DNA of 64,000 nucleotides. Origin: an uncultured Enterobacteriaceae bacterium. GTDB lineage: Bacteria; Pseudomonadota; Gammaproteobacteria; Burkholderiales; SG8-39. The position numbers and the translations under genes were made by a program. The notes under the pieces were generated by a model. It worked only from the letters and a program-made list of their open reading frames with translations. It searched no databases and had not been told where the DNA came from. Positions within the stretch are counted from its first letter, which is position 1. The number at the start of each line of letters is the position of its first letter. The stretch spans positions 8,914-72,913 of the forward strand of contig CAZNVH010000087.1 of assembly GCA_964576525.1 (NCBI GenBank). The letters run 5' to 3'. Shown here one piece after another: positions 11,723 to 21,259 of the stretch.

Positions 11723-12297
11723 TAGAACGGCACTTTCAGCCAGCGCTCGAGCTGGTCGAAGCGGTCCATGCCCCAGAACGGCTCGCCGTCGACGATGACG
11801 TAAGGCGAGCCGAACACGCCTTTCGCCAGCGCGGCGTCCACCTCGGCGCGCGTGCGGTCCTTGACCGCCTGGTCGTTGATGTCGGGCTTGCAGCCAACCG
11901 ACGCCGCAACCTTCAGTACGTTGTCGGGCTCGCCGATGTTCACGTTGTCGACGAAGTAGGCATGCAGCAGGGCTTTTGCCAGGGGGATTCGTTTTTCCTC
12001 CGGGGTGGCATAAAAAGCCCTGCACGCGGAAACCGTGCCCACCGGGAACACCTCGGGCAGGCGGAAGGGCACATCGTGGAAGCGCGCCGAGCGCAGGAAG
12101 TCGCGCTTCGAGTAGTCGCCTTTGAGCGGGATCTGCGGCAGCGGGCTGGCGCCGGTGGCCTTGAACGCGACACCGAGCAGGATCGGCCGCCAGGTCACCG
12201 TCCGGCCGTGCCGTGCCGCGAGCGCTTCGATCTTCTGCGCCGCCAGGTAGCCGTAGGGCGAGGAGAAATCGAAATAGAAGTCGAGAGCTGCTTTCAC
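11722..12297 (-). CDS. Second 2-hydroxychromene-2-carboxylate isomerase family protein (DsbA-fold, no CxxC) embedded in the liu operon
   Basis: [18 protein letters not shown]...[28 protein letters not shown]. The GTG start overlaps the upstream TGA (GTGA at 12294-12297). It is a paralog of 4941-5570. Confidence 0.7.
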
Positions 12298-13421
12298 CCC
12301 TCCTCCAGTACACGGCCGATCACGAGACGCTGGATGTCGCTGGCGCCCTCGTAGATCTGCGTCACGCGCACGTCGCGCCACAGCCGCTCCACCGGGAAGT
12401 CGGCGACGTAGCCGTAGCCGCCGTGGATCTGGATCGCGTCCGAGCACACCTTCTCGGCGATCTCGGAAGCGAACAGCTTGGCCATCGAGGCCTCCTTGAT
12501 GCAGGGCTGGCCGGCGTCGCGCAGCCGCGCGGCGCTGAGGTAGAGCTGGCGCGCCGCCTCGACCTGGGTGGCCATGTCGGCGAGTCGGAAGTTGATCGCC
12601 TGGTGCTGGATCAGGGTCTTGCCCATGCTCTTGCGCTCGCGCGCATACGAGAGAGCCGCGGCAAGCGCTGCCTGGGCTACTCCGGTCGCCTGCGCCGCGA
12701 CGTTGATCCGACCGGATTCGAGGTTGGCGAGCGCGATACGGTAGCCCGCGCCCTCCTGCCCGAGCAGACCCGCCGCCGGCAGCTTGCAATTCTCGAGCAC
12801 GATCTGCGCCGTGTCCGAGGCGCGCTGCCCGGTCTTCTCCTCGATGCGGGCGACGATGTAGCCGGGGGTAGAAGTGGGAACCAGGAATGCGCTGATTCCC
12901 TTCTTGCCGGCACCTTTGTCCGTGACGGCGAACACCACCGCGACGTCCGCGTTCTTCCCCGAGGTAATGAACTGCTTCACGCCGTTGAGGAGGTAGCCGT
13001 CGCCCTTGCGCTCGGCGCGCGTGGTGATCGCGGAGGCATCGGAGCCGACCGCGGGCTCGGTGAGCGCGAAGGCGCCGAGCATTTTTCCCTGCGCCAGGGG
13101 TTTCAGGTATTTCTGTTTTTGATCCTGGTTTCCGTAGCCGGACAGGATCCCGGCAACCAGGTTGTTCACCGCGACGATGGTCGCGGTAGCGCAGTCGCCG
13201 GCGGCGATCTCCTCGCAGGCCACCGCGAGCGAGCTGTAGTCGAGGCCGGCGCCGCCCCATTCCTCCGGGATGGCGACGCCATAGAGGCCCATCGCGGCAA
13301 GCCCGCGCAGCGCCTCCCTCGGGAACTCCTTGTCGCGGTCCCAGCGCGCCGCGTTCGGCGCAAGCTGCTCGGCGGCGTAGCGCCGCACCGCCTGGCGGAT
13401 CTCGTCAGCCGGCGCGGACAT
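12294..13421 (-). CDS. Acyl-CoA dehydrogenase (short/branched-chain type)
   Basis: 375-aa ACAD with ...[15 protein letters not shown]...KQFITSG...[38 protein letters not shown]. Confidence 0.85.
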   Translation of the reverse strand: MSAPADEIRQAVRRYAAEQLAPNAARWDRDKEFPREALRGLAAMGLYGVAIPEEWGGAGLDYSSLAVACEEIAAGDCATATIVAVNNLVAGILSGYGNQDQKQKYLKPLAQGKMLGAFALTEPAVGSDASAITTRAERKGDGYLLNGVKQFITSGKNADVAVVFAVTDKGAGKKGISAFLVPTSTPGYIVARIEEKTGQRASDTAQIVLENCKLPAAGLLGQEGAGYRIALANLESGRINVAAQATGVAQAALAAALSYARERKSMGKTLIQHQAINFRLADMATQVEAARQLYLSAARLRDAGQPCIKEASMAKLFASEIAEKVCSDAIQIHGGYGYVADFPVERLWRDVRVTQIYEGASDIQRLVIGRVLEEG

Positions 13422-13800
13422 AGGTGAGGGTGTGGTGGCTGAAGAGGTTGCCTTTCTTGCCGTGGCACTCGGCGACGCCGTAGATGCGCCGGCGGCCCAT
13501 CTTCAGGATGCGCGCGGTGCAGTAGACGTGCTCGCCCTTGGCCGGCGCGAGGAAGGTGGTGTTCAGGTCGGAAGTGAGCGCGTCGCCCTCGAGCCCGACG
13601 CGCGCTTTGATCGCGAGCCACATCGCGCAATCCGCCGCCGCCATCAGCGCCGGCCCGTTGATGATTCCGCCGGGCCGCTCGAGCGCGGCCTTGTGCGGCA
13701 GCTCGAGGGTGCATTTCCTCTTATCCACGGTCACCACGCGGAAGCCGTAGGGCCGCAGGAAACGCGATCCGTTGAGTAGCTTTTGGAGTTGAGCTTTCAA
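13405..13800 (-). CDS. PaaI/hotdog-fold thioesterase family protein
   Basis: ...FLRPYGFRVVTVDKRKCTLELPHKAALERPGGIINGPALMAAADCAMW...TSDLNTTFLAPA is PaaI-like. The TTG start at 13800 overlaps the thiolase TGA (TTGA). ATG 13845 is an alternative but would overlap the thiolase by 49 nt. Confidence 0.65.
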   Translation of the reverse strand: MKAQLQKLLNGSRFLRPYGFRVVTVDKRKCTLELPHKAALERPGGIINGPALMAAADCAMWLAIKARVGLEGDALTSDLNTTFLAPAKGEHVYCTARILKMGRRRIYGVAECHGKKGNLFSHHTLTYVRAG

Positions 13801-14981
13801 GCCAGCTCGATCGCCATGGCAGTTGCTTCGCCGCCGCCGATGCACAGACTCGCAACGCCGCGCTTCAGGCCGCGCTTGCGCAGCGCGCCGATCAGCGTCA
13901 CGAGGATGCGCGCGCCGGAAGCGCCGATCGGGTGGCCGAGGGCGCAGGCGCCGCCGTGGACGTTGACCTTGTCGCGCGGCAGGCCATGCTCCTTCATCGC
14001 CGCCATCGTCACTACCGCGAAGGCCTCGTTGATTTCGTACAGGTCGACGTCGCTCGCCGTCCAGTTTGTTTTCTCAAGCAACTTTTTTATTGCCACGACC
14101 GGCGCCGTCGTGAACCATGCCGGCTCTTGCGCGTGCGTCGCATGCCCAACCACGACCGCAAGCGGCGCGAGGCCGCGTTTCTTGGCGGTGGAGCGGCGCA
14201 TCATGACGAGGGCGGCAGCGCCGTCCGAGATCGAGCTGGAATTGGCCGCCGTGACGCTGCCGTCCTTTCGGAACGCGGGTTTCAGCGTGGCAATCTTCTC
14301 CAGATTGGCCTTGAAAGGCTGCTCGTCGATTTCGATGAACTTCTGTTCCTTGCCGGCCTTCACCGCGATCGGCGTGATTTCCCAGGCGAAGGAGCCGTCC
14401 TTGTTGGCGGTCTGCGCCCGTTTCAGGGACTGGATCGCGAATTCGTCCTGCGCCTCGCGGGAGAAGCGGTACTTCTGCGCGCAGTCCTCGGCGAAGCTGC
14501 CCATGAGGCGGCCCTTCTCGTAGGCGTCCTCCAGGCCGTCGTAGAACATGTGATCGATCACCTGGCCGTGGCCCATGCGCAGGCCGGCACGGGCTTTCGG
14601 CAGGAGGTAGGGGGCGTTGGTCATGGATTCCATTCCGCCCGCCACGATGATTTCGGAAGAACCTGAAATCAGAAGATCGTTTGCGAACATCGCGGCCTTC
14701 ATCCCCGAGCCGCACATCTTGTTGATCGTGGTGCAGCCGACGGCGAGCGGCAGGCCGGCGCCGAGCGCCGCCTGGCGCGCCGGCGCCTGGCCCTGCCCGG
14801 CGGGCAGCACGCAGCCCATGATCGCCTCCTGCACGTCCTCGGGCCTGATCCTGGCGCGCTCGACCGCGGCGCGGATCGCGGCGGCGCCGAGCTCGGGCGC
14901 GGCGAAGCCCTTCAGCTCGCCCTGGAAGGCGCCCATGGGGGTTCTCGCAGCGGAGACAATAACGATCGGATCCGAGTTCAT
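13797..14981 (-). CDS. Acetyl-CoA C-acetyltransferase (thiolase II)
   Basis: MNSDPIVIVSAARTPMGAFQG..., active-site region NKMCGSGMKA, and C-terminal NVHGGACALGHPIGASGARI...CIGGGEATAMAIE. Confidence 0.9.
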   Translation of the reverse strand: MNSDPIVIVSAARTPMGAFQGELKGFAAPELGAAAIRAAVERARIRPEDVQEAIMGCVLPAGQGQAPARQAALGAGLPLAVGCTTINKMCGSGMKAAMFANDLLISGSSEIIVAGGMESMTNAPYLLPKARAGLRMGHGQVIDHMFYDGLEDAYEKGRLMGSFAEDCAQKYRFSREAQDEFAIQSLKRAQTANKDGSFAWEITPIAVKAGKEQKFIEIDEQPFKANLEKIATLKPAFRKDGSVTAANSSSISDGAAALVMMRRSTAKKRGLAPLAVVVGHATHAQEPAWFTTAPVVAIKKLLEKTNWTASDVDLYEINEAFAVVTMAAMKEHGLPRDKVNVHGGACALGHPIGASGARILVTLIGALRKRGLKRGVASLCIGGGEATAMAIELA

Positions 14982-16121
14982 TCAGGCAGTCTCCGAAAAA
15001 AGTTCGCGACCGATGAGCCAGCGACGAATCTCCGAGGTACCCGCGCCGATCTCGTAGAGCTTGGCGTCGCGCCACAGCCGCCCGGTGGGGGTCTCGTTGA
15101 TGTAGCCCATGCCGCCGAGCGCCTGGATCGCCTCGCCGGCCATCCAGGTGGCCTTCTCGGCCGCGTACAGGATGGCGCCGGCGGCGTCCTTGCGGGTCGT
15201 CTCGTTGCGGTCCAGGGCCTGGCCGACGGCGTAGACGTAGGCGCGGCAGGCCGAGAAGGTGGTGTACATGTCGGCGAGCTTGCCCTGCATCAGCTGGAAC
15301 TCGCCGATCGGCTGGCCGAACTGCTTGCGGTCGTGGACGTAGGGCATCACCACGTCGAGGCAGGCGGCCATGATGCCGAGCGGGCCGCCGGCGAGCACCG
15401 CGCGCTCGTAGTCCAGGCCCGACATCAGGACCTTGACGCCCGCGCCTTCCTGTCCAAGGACGTTCTCGGCAGGAACTTCGCAATCGCGGAACACCAGCTC
15501 GCAGGTGTTCGAGCCGCGCATGCCGAGCTTGTCGAGCTTCTGCGCGGTGGAAAATCCCTGCATGCCCTTCTCAACGAGAAAAGCCGTAATACCTTCAGCT
15601 TTTCCATAGATAACGAGTACATCAGCGTCAGGTCCGTTGGTGATCCACATCTTGTTGCCGTTCAACACGTACTTGTCGCCGCGGCGTTCTTCGCGCAGGC
15701 GCATGCCGACCACGTCGGAGCCCGCGCCGGGCTCGGACATGGCGAGCGCGCCGACGTGCTCTCCCGAGACCAGCCTCGGCAGGTACTTCTTCTTCTGCGC
15801 CTCGGAGCCGTTGCGGCGGATCTGGTTGACGCACAGGTTGGAGTGCGCGCCGTAGGACAGCCCGATCGACGCCGAGGCGCGCGAGATCTCCTCCATCGCC
15901 ACGATGTGCGCGAGGTAGCCCATCGCCGTGCCGCCGTACTGCTCCTCGACCGTGATGCCGAGCAGGCCGAGCTTGCCGAGCTTCGGCCACAGGTCGGGCG
16001 GGAACTCGTTGCTGCGGTCGATTTCCGCGGCGCGCGGGGCGATTTCGTGCGCCGCGAAATCGCGCACCGATTCGCGCAGCATCGCGACCGTTTCTCCGTG
16101 ATCGAAGCGCAGGGTGTTCAT
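14982..16121 (-). CDS. liuA: Isovaleryl-CoA dehydrogenase
   Basis: ACAD with ...[15 protein letters not shown]...KMWITNG...[42 protein letters not shown]. It is the first structural gene after liuR and upstream of liuBCDE. Confidence 0.85.
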   Translation of the reverse strand: MNTLRFDHGETVAMLRESVRDFAAHEIAPRAAEIDRSNEFPPDLWPKLGKLGLLGITVEEQYGGTAMGYLAHIVAMEEISRASASIGLSYGAHSNLCVNQIRRNGSEAQKKKYLPRLVSGEHVGALAMSEPGAGSDVVGMRLREERRGDKYVLNGNKMWITNGPDADVLVIYGKAEGITAFLVEKGMQGFSTAQKLDKLGMRGSNTCELVFRDCEVPAENVLGQEGAGVKVLMSGLDYERAVLAGGPLGIMAACLDVVMPYVHDRKQFGQPIGEFQLMQGKLADMYTTFSACRAYVYAVGQALDRNETTRKDAAGAILYAAEKATWMAGEAIQALGGMGYINETPTGRLWRDAKLYEIGAGTSEIRRWLIGRELFSETA

Positions 16122-16143
16122 TCTGGGGAGCCCGGAAGGGTAC

Positions 16144-16165
16144 TTGACGTTTACGTTAACGTCAA
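16144..16165. promoter_or_regulatory. Candidate LiuR (MerR-type) operator/promoter palindrome in the liuR-liuA spacer
   Basis: TTGACGTTTAC|GTTAACGTCAA has 10 of 11 positions inverted-repeat symmetric. TTGACG (-35-like) hexamers sit at both ends. The site overlaps the liuR TGA (16162-16164) and lies 23 nt upstream of the liuA ATG. Confidence 0.5.
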
Positions 16166-16545
16166 CTTTGCCTCAGCCGCTTGCGCACCTTCTTCTCGAA
16201 GGCCTGGATCTCCGAGAGCTGCGCCTCGATGTCCGAGCGCTGCTGCAGCAGGCTCGCCTGGTGCTCTTCGAGCACCGCGAGGAAGCGCTCGAGCTGCGGC
16301 CGCTGGTCGCGCCCGGGCTCGTACATGTCGATCAGCTCGCGGATCTCGGAGAGCGACAGGCCGAGGCGCTTGCCGCGCAGGGTCAGCTTGAGGCGCGTGC
16401 GGTCGCGCGGCGTGTAGATGCGGCGCTGGCCGTCGCGCTTCGGCGCGAGCAGGCCCTGGTCCTCGTAGAAGCGGATTGCGCGCGGCGTGACGTCGAATTC
16501 GCGCGCCAGCTCGCTGATGGAGAATTCGGCGCGTTCCGTTTCCAT
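16162..16545 (-). CDS. liuR: MerR family transcriptional regulator, LiuR-type
   Basis: [26 protein letters not shown]...R.YT.RD..RL is the MerR HTH, followed by a coiled-coil C-terminus. It heads the liu operon. Confidence 0.8.
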   Translation of the reverse strand: METERAEFSISELAREFDVTPRAIRFYEDQGLLAPKRDGQRRIYTPRDRTRLKLTLRGKRLGLSLSEIRELIDMYEPGRDQRPQLERFLAVLEEHQASLLQQRSDIEAQLSEIQAFEKKVRKRLRQS

Positions 16546-16570
16546 GGTAGCTTCGCTCTGATTTTAGCTG

Positions 16571-17578
16571 ATGTCTTCTCTCGAATACCCGTTTCCCCAG
16601 GTTCCCGCGCCCGCCACGACCGTCGAGGTCGCGCCGGGAATCCGCTGGCTGTCGATGCCGCTGCCGTTCCAGCTCGACCACATCAACCTGTGGCTGGTCG
16701 ACGAGGAGGAGGGCTGCGCCATTGTCGACACCGGCCTCGGCAACGCCGAGACGCGGGCTCTATGGGAGAAGCTCCTCTCCCGGCCGGTGAAGCGGGTCGT
16801 AGTCACGCACTATCACCCCGACCACGCCGGCAACGCCGCGTGGCTCTGCACGCGCTCGGGCGCCGAGCTGTGGATGACGCAGGGCGAATACCTGACGGCG
16901 CACGCGGTGCGCACGGCGAGCGCGGGCTACACCACCGACGCGGTGCTGGCGGTGTTCCGCCGCAACGGCCTGGACGAGCAGCGCGCCGCCACCATGGCCG
17001 GAGGGGGCAACCGCTATGCCGCGCTGGTGCCCGAGTTCCCGCTGTCCTACCGGCGCATCATCGAGGGGGACGAGGTTGCGATCGGCCAGCAGCGCTGGCG
17101 CGCGATCATCGGCCACGGCCACGCGCCCGAGCACCTGTCGCTCTTCTCCAAGGCGCTGAACACCCTGATCGCGGGCGACATGCTGCTGTCCACGATCTCG
17201 ACCAACGTCAGCGTCTGGTCGATCGACCCGGAGGGGAACCCGCTGCGCCTGTTCCTCGACTCGATCGCGCGCTACCGCGAGCTGCCGGCGGACGTGCTGG
17301 TGCTGCCGTCGCACGGCAAGCCGTTCCGCGGCGCGCATGCCCGCGTAAAGGCGCTCGAGACGCATCACGAGGAAAGATTGAAAGAATTGATCCAGTCCCT
17401 GAAAGAGCCGCGCAGCGCCGCCGAGCTGCTCGGCGTGCTGTTTCGCAGGGCGCTCGACGCCCACCAGACGTTCTTCGCCATGGGCGAGGCGATCGCGCAC
17501 CTGCACTACCTCTACTATGGCGGCCGCGCAAAGCGTGTCCTCGGTGACGATGGCATCATGAGATATGCAGCAACCTGA
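16571..17578 (+). CDS. MBL-fold metallo-hydrolase
   Basis: Contains VVVTHYHPDHAGNAAWL (HxHxDH motif) and later GHGHAPEH. Confidence 0.8.
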   Translation: MSSLEYPFPQVPAPATTVEVAPGIRWLSMPLPFQLDHINLWLVDEEEGCAIVDTGLGNAETRALWEKLLSRPVKRVVVTHYHPDHAGNAAWLCTRSGAELWMTQGEYLTAHAVRTASAGYTTDAVLAVFRRNGLDEQRAATMAGGGNRYAALVPEFPLSYRRIIEGDEVAIGQQRWRAIIGHGHAPEHLSLFSKALNTLIAGDMLLSTISTNVSVWSIDPEGNPLRLFLDSIARYRELPADVLVLPSHGKPFRGAHARVKALETHHEERLKELIQSLKEPRSAAELLGVLFRRALDAHQTFFAMGEAIAHLHYLYYGGRAKRVLGDDGIMRYAAT

Positions 17579-19322
17579 CCTGAGGGAAGTGGCCGAGCGC
17601 GCCTCGAAGATCCTCGGCGAGTTCGCCAGCAAGCAGGCCGAGAACCTGTCCTCCGCGGTGCGCGACGAGATGGGCATCGCCAAGGCGTTCATGGACCTCT
17701 ACGCGCGCATGGCTGCCGACCCGGCGCAGCTCGCGGCGTTCTCGACGAACCTGTGGCTCGACCACATGCGCCTGTGGCAGTCGAGCTGGATGCGCATGAT
17801 GGGCGTGCAGGCCGCGCCGGTGGCCGCTCCCGAGCAGGGCGACGCGCGCTTCAAGGACGAGGACTGGTCGCAGAACTTCCTGTTCGACCTGATCAAGCAG
17901 TCCTACCTGATCAGCGCGCGCCACATCCGCGAATCGGTGGCGCAGGTCGACGGCCTGTCCGAGGAATCCGAGAAGAAGGTGGCTTTCTTCACGCGCCAGT
18001 ACGTCGACGCGCTGTCGCCGTCGAACTTCCTCCTGACCAACCCGCAGGTGCTGCGCGAGACCCTGGCGAGCGGCGGGCAGAACCTGGTGCGCGGCCTGAA
18101 CAACCTGCTCACCGACATCGAGAAGGGCGGCGGCAGCCTGCGCATCTCGATGACCGACGAGAGCGCCTTCCAGCTCGGTCGCAACGTCGCCACCACGCCC
18201 GGGAAAGTGGTCTACCAGAACGACCTGATGCAGCTGATCCAGTACCAGCCGGCGACGCCGCAGGTCTGGAAGCGGCCGCTGGTCATCATCCCGCCCTGGA
18301 TCAACAAGTACTACATCCTCGACCTGCGCGAGAAGAACTCCTTCATCCGCTGGGCGGTGCGGCAGGGCCACACCGTGTTCGTCATCTCCTGGGTCAACCC
18401 GGACGCGAGCCTGGCGCAGAAGGGTTTCGACGACTACATGCGCGAGGGCCCGCTCGCGGCGCTCGACGCGGTGGAGAAGGCGACCGGCGAGCGCCAGGTG
18501 AACTTCATCGGCTATTGCCTGGGAGGGACCCTCCTCGGAGCCACGCTGGCTTATCTGTCTCAAAAGCGGCAAGAGCGGGTCGCGAGCGCCACCTTCTTCG
18601 TCAGCCTGCTCGATTTTTCCCAACCGGGCGAGCTCGGCGTGTTCATCGACGAGGCGCAGGTGGAGAGCCTGGAACGCAAGATGAACGAGCGCGGCTACCT
18701 GGAGGGCTCGGAGATGGCGGGCACCTTCAACCTGCTGCGCGCCAACGACCTGGTGTGGTCCTTCGTCATCAACAACTACCTGCTCGGCAAGGACCCGTTT
18801 CCGTTCGACCTGCTGTACTGGAACGCCGACTCCACCCGCATGCCGGCACGCATGCACAGCTATTACCTGCGCAACATGTACATCCGGAACCTGATGGGCG
18901 TCCCGGGCGGCATCGAGCTCGGTGGCGTGCCGATCGACCTGTCGAAGGTCAAGCTGCCGGCCTACTTCATCTCCACGGCTGAGGACCACATCGCGCCGTG
19001 GAAGACCACCTACAAGGGAGCGCGCTACCTCGGCAGCGCGGGGCGGGGGGCGGTTCGATTTGTCCTCGGCGGCTCGGGCCACATCGCCGGCATCGTCAAC
19101 CCGCCGGCGGCGAAGAAGTACCAGTTCTGGACCAACGACTCCCTGCCCGAAACGGCGGAAGAGTGGTTCAAGAGCGCGACCCAGAAGCCCGGATCCTGGT
19201 GGGAAGACTGGGAAGCCTGGATGGAAAAGCAGAACGCCGAGAAGGTGGCGGCGCGCAAGCCGCGCAAGGCGCTCGAGGACGCGCCCGGCAGCTACGCCAC
19301 GCTGCGTTTTTCGGCTAAGTAA
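17565..19322 (+). CDS. phaC: Class I poly(3-hydroxyalkanoate) synthase
   Basis: 585 aa with ...KRPLVIIPPWINKYYILDL..., lipase box GYCLGG, ...DLLYWNADSTRMPARMH...GGSGHIAGIVNPP. Confidence 0.9.
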   Translation: MQQPDLREVAERASKILGEFASKQAENLSSAVRDEMGIAKAFMDLYARMAADPAQLAAFSTNLWLDHMRLWQSSWMRMMGVQAAPVAAPEQGDARFKDEDWSQNFLFDLIKQSYLISARHIRESVAQVDGLSEESEKKVAFFTRQYVDALSPSNFLLTNPQVLRETLASGGQNLVRGLNNLLTDIEKGGGSLRISMTDESAFQLGRNVATTPGKVVYQNDLMQLIQYQPATPQVWKRPLVIIPPWINKYYILDLREKNSFIRWAVRQGHTVFVISWVNPDASLAQKGFDDYMREGPLAALDAVEKATGERQVNFIGYCLGGTLLGATLAYLSQKRQERVASATFFVSLLDFSQPGELGVFIDEAQVESLERKMNERGYLEGSEMAGTFNLLRANDLVWSFVINNYLLGKDPFPFDLLYWNADSTRMPARMHSYYLRNMYIRNLMGVPGGIELGGVPIDLSKVKLPAYFISTAEDHIAPWKTTYKGARYLGSAGRGAVRFVLGGSGHIAGIVNPPAAKKYQFWTNDSLPETAEEWFKSATQKPGSWWEDWEAWMEKQNAEKVAARKPRKALEDAPGSYATLRFSAK

Positions 19323-20067
19323 GCTTCACGTCGCGGGGCTTGCGCGGCGCGCCCGCCGCGATGCGGTCGTACAGCCAGCCCGGCATCAGGCGCAGCGGAA
19401 TGGACACCAGCGCCATCTGCCAGGGAATCACCGCCAGCCTCGGCTTGCGCGCGATGGCACGCGCGATGCGCCGCGCCGCCTCGTCGGCGGAGAGCAGGAA
19501 AGGCATGCGCCAGCGGTTGACCTGGGTCATGGGCGTGTCGATGTAGCCCGGGCAGATGCAGACCACCGACACGCCGCTGCCATGCAGCTCGGTGCGCAGG
19601 CTCTCCATCCAGGTGATCGCCGCGGCCTTCGAGGCGCTGTAGGCGCCGTTGCCGGCGAGGCCGCGGAAACCGGCGACGCTGCAAATCCCGGCGAGGGTGC
19701 CGCGGCCGGCCTGGCGCATCGCCGGGGCGAACGCCGCCAGGGTCGCGGCCAGGCCGACGACGTTGACCTCGAGCACGCGGCGCAGCTTGGCGACATCCGC
19801 CAGGTCCTCGCCCCTCGTCCCGCTGGAGATGCCGGCGTTGGCGACCACCAGGTCGGGTGGGCCGAAGCGCTCGATGAAGTCCCCGGCGGCCCGCGCGAGC
19901 GCGCTCTCGTCCGTGACGTCCACGGAATAGGAAACTGCTTTTTCGGAAAAAGCCTTTGCTTCGACCGGGCGGCGCGAGATCAACCCGAGACCCTCGGACC
20001 CCCTCGCGTAGTGCCGCGCCAGCGCCTCGCCGATACCCGAGGAGGCGCCGGTGATGACGACCCGCAC
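19315..20067 (-). CDS. Short-chain dehydrogenase/reductase (SDR) family oxidoreductase
   Basis: The GTG start at 20067 gives VRVVITGASSGIGEALA...NAGIS...YSASKAA (TGxxxGxG and YxxxK). It converges on phaC with an 8-nt overlap. Confidence 0.8.
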   Translation of the reverse strand: MRVVITGASSGIGEALARHYARGSEGLGLISRRPVEAKAFSEKAVSYSVDVTDESALARAAGDFIERFGPPDLVVANAGISSGTRGEDLADVAKLRRVLEVNVVGLAATLAAFAPAMRQAGRGTLAGICSVAGFRGLAGNGAYSASKAAAITWMESLRTELHGSGVSVVCICPGYIDTPMTQVNRWRMPFLLSADEAARRIARAIARKPRLAVIPWQMALVSIPLRLMPGWLYDRIAAGAPRKPRDVKLT

Positions 20068-20669
20068 TACCGGTTCTTGCGGACGGTGGCCACCAGCTGG
20101 TTGACGGTTTCCAGCATGGCGTCGTGCGCGCCGACGGTGTAGCGGCCGTGGACCGCCATCGCCGGCGTGCCGTCGACCTTGTACTCGGTGGTGAGGCGCG
20201 CGGCGCGCCGCGCCTTGCCCTGCACGCCGAAGGATTTCGCCGTGTCGGCGAACTTCTTCGGATCGATGTCCTGCTTCTCGAGCCAGGTATTCAGCGCCGG
20301 CGTGTCGGTGCGCAGGCGATCGCGGTGGATGGCGTCGAAGAACGGGCGGTGCAGCTTGTCGAGCACGCCGAGCGCGTCGAAGGTGTAGAAGATCGTGGCG
20401 TCGTGCGCCCAGCGCTCCGACAGCACCGCCGGGACGCGGCGGAACTCGACGTCCTTGGGCAGGGTCTTCAGCCAAGTGTCGAGCTTCGGCTCGAGGTTGT
20501 AGCAGTGGATGCAGCCGTACCAGAAAAACTCGAGTACCTCGATCCTGCCGGCGGCGTCCACCGGCTGCGCCGGGTTGAGCTCCGTCACCATGCCGCTGCG
20601 CTGCTGGGCGCGCGCCAGCCAGGGGGCGGAGAGCAGGGCGGCGACGAGCGTGCGGCGGTACGGGTTCAT
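20067..20669 (-). CDS. dsbA: Periplasmic thiol:disulfide interchange protein DsbA
   Basis: Signal peptide MNPYRRTLVAALLSAPWLARA, and LEFFWYGCIHCYNLEP with a CxxC active site. The ATG overlaps the upstream TGA (ATGA at 20666-20669). Confidence 0.85.
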   Translation of the reverse strand: MNPYRRTLVAALLSAPWLARAQQRSGMVTELNPAQPVDAAGRIEVLEFFWYGCIHCYNLEPKLDTWLKTLPKDVEFRRVPAVLSERWAHDATIFYTFDALGVLDKLHRPFFDAIHRDRLRTDTPALNTWLEKQDIDPKKFADTAKSFGVQGKARRAARLTTEYKVDGTPAMAVHGRYTVGAHDAMLETVNQLVATVRKNR

Positions 20670-21259
20670 TGCTGGTCCTTTATCTTGATCAGGTTGGCCT
20701 CGATGCCGCTTTGCGCCAGCGCCTGGCGCACCTTGTTGATGTCCTCGACCTTGTTGTAAGGCCCCATGCGCACGCGGTACCAGGTCCCCTTGTCGGGCAG
20801 GTTGGCGGGCTCGACGCTCGACTCGAAGCCGAGCATGGCGAGCCGCGCCTTCTGGTTGTCGGCTTCGGCAGGATTCTGGAACGAGCCGGCCTGAATGAAG
20901 AAAACCTCCTTGGAGGCTTCCTGTTGACTGCCCTTGGCGCGCAGGCGCTCGCGCACTTCCTTCTCGGTCACCGGCTCCTCGGCGCCAGGCAGGATGCGGT
21001 AGAAGTCGAATTTCGGCTTCTCCGGTACGGGCGCCGGGGTGGCGCCGCCCTGCGGCAGCCCGGCGATCGGCGACGCCTTGGACGCCGCGCCGTTTTTCTC
21101 CGCCTGCTTCGGCTTGGCGGTCATGAACGGGATCGGGGTGCGGTTGAGGTAGAAGGCGATGCCGAGCGCGACTGCGAGCCCGACCAGCACGCCGACGCCT
21201 ATGCCGAGCAGGAAGTTGCCTGCCGAGTGCCGCGGGGCCGCAGTACGGGGTGTCGCCAT
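20666..21259 (-). CDS. SPOR domain-containing membrane protein (FtsN/DedD-like)
   Basis: [38 protein letters not shown] provides the TM segment, followed by a Pro/Ala-rich linker. The C-terminal FFIQAGSFQNPAEADNQKARLAMLGF...WYRVRMGPY is the SPOR fold signature. Confidence 0.7.
   Translation of the reverse strand: MATPRTAAPRHSAGNFLLGIGVGVLVGLAVALGIAFYLNRTPIPFMTAKPKQAEKNGAASKASPIAGLPQGGATPAPVPEKPKFDFYRILPGAEEPVTEKEVRERLRAKGSQQEASKEVFFIQAGSFQNPAEADNQKARLAMLGFESSVEPANLPDKGTWYRVRMGPYNKVEDINKVRQALAQSGIEANLIKIKDQQ

Noticed and set aside
16571-19322. MBL-fold hydrolase overlapping phaC by 14 nt, considered as a dedicated PHA-related accessory system.
   Set aside because: The overlap suggests co-transcription. 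However, MBL hydrolases are ubiquitous, and no phasin, phaR, phaA/B or depolymerase genes are adjacent. That is insufficient to propose a specific functional link from sequence alone.
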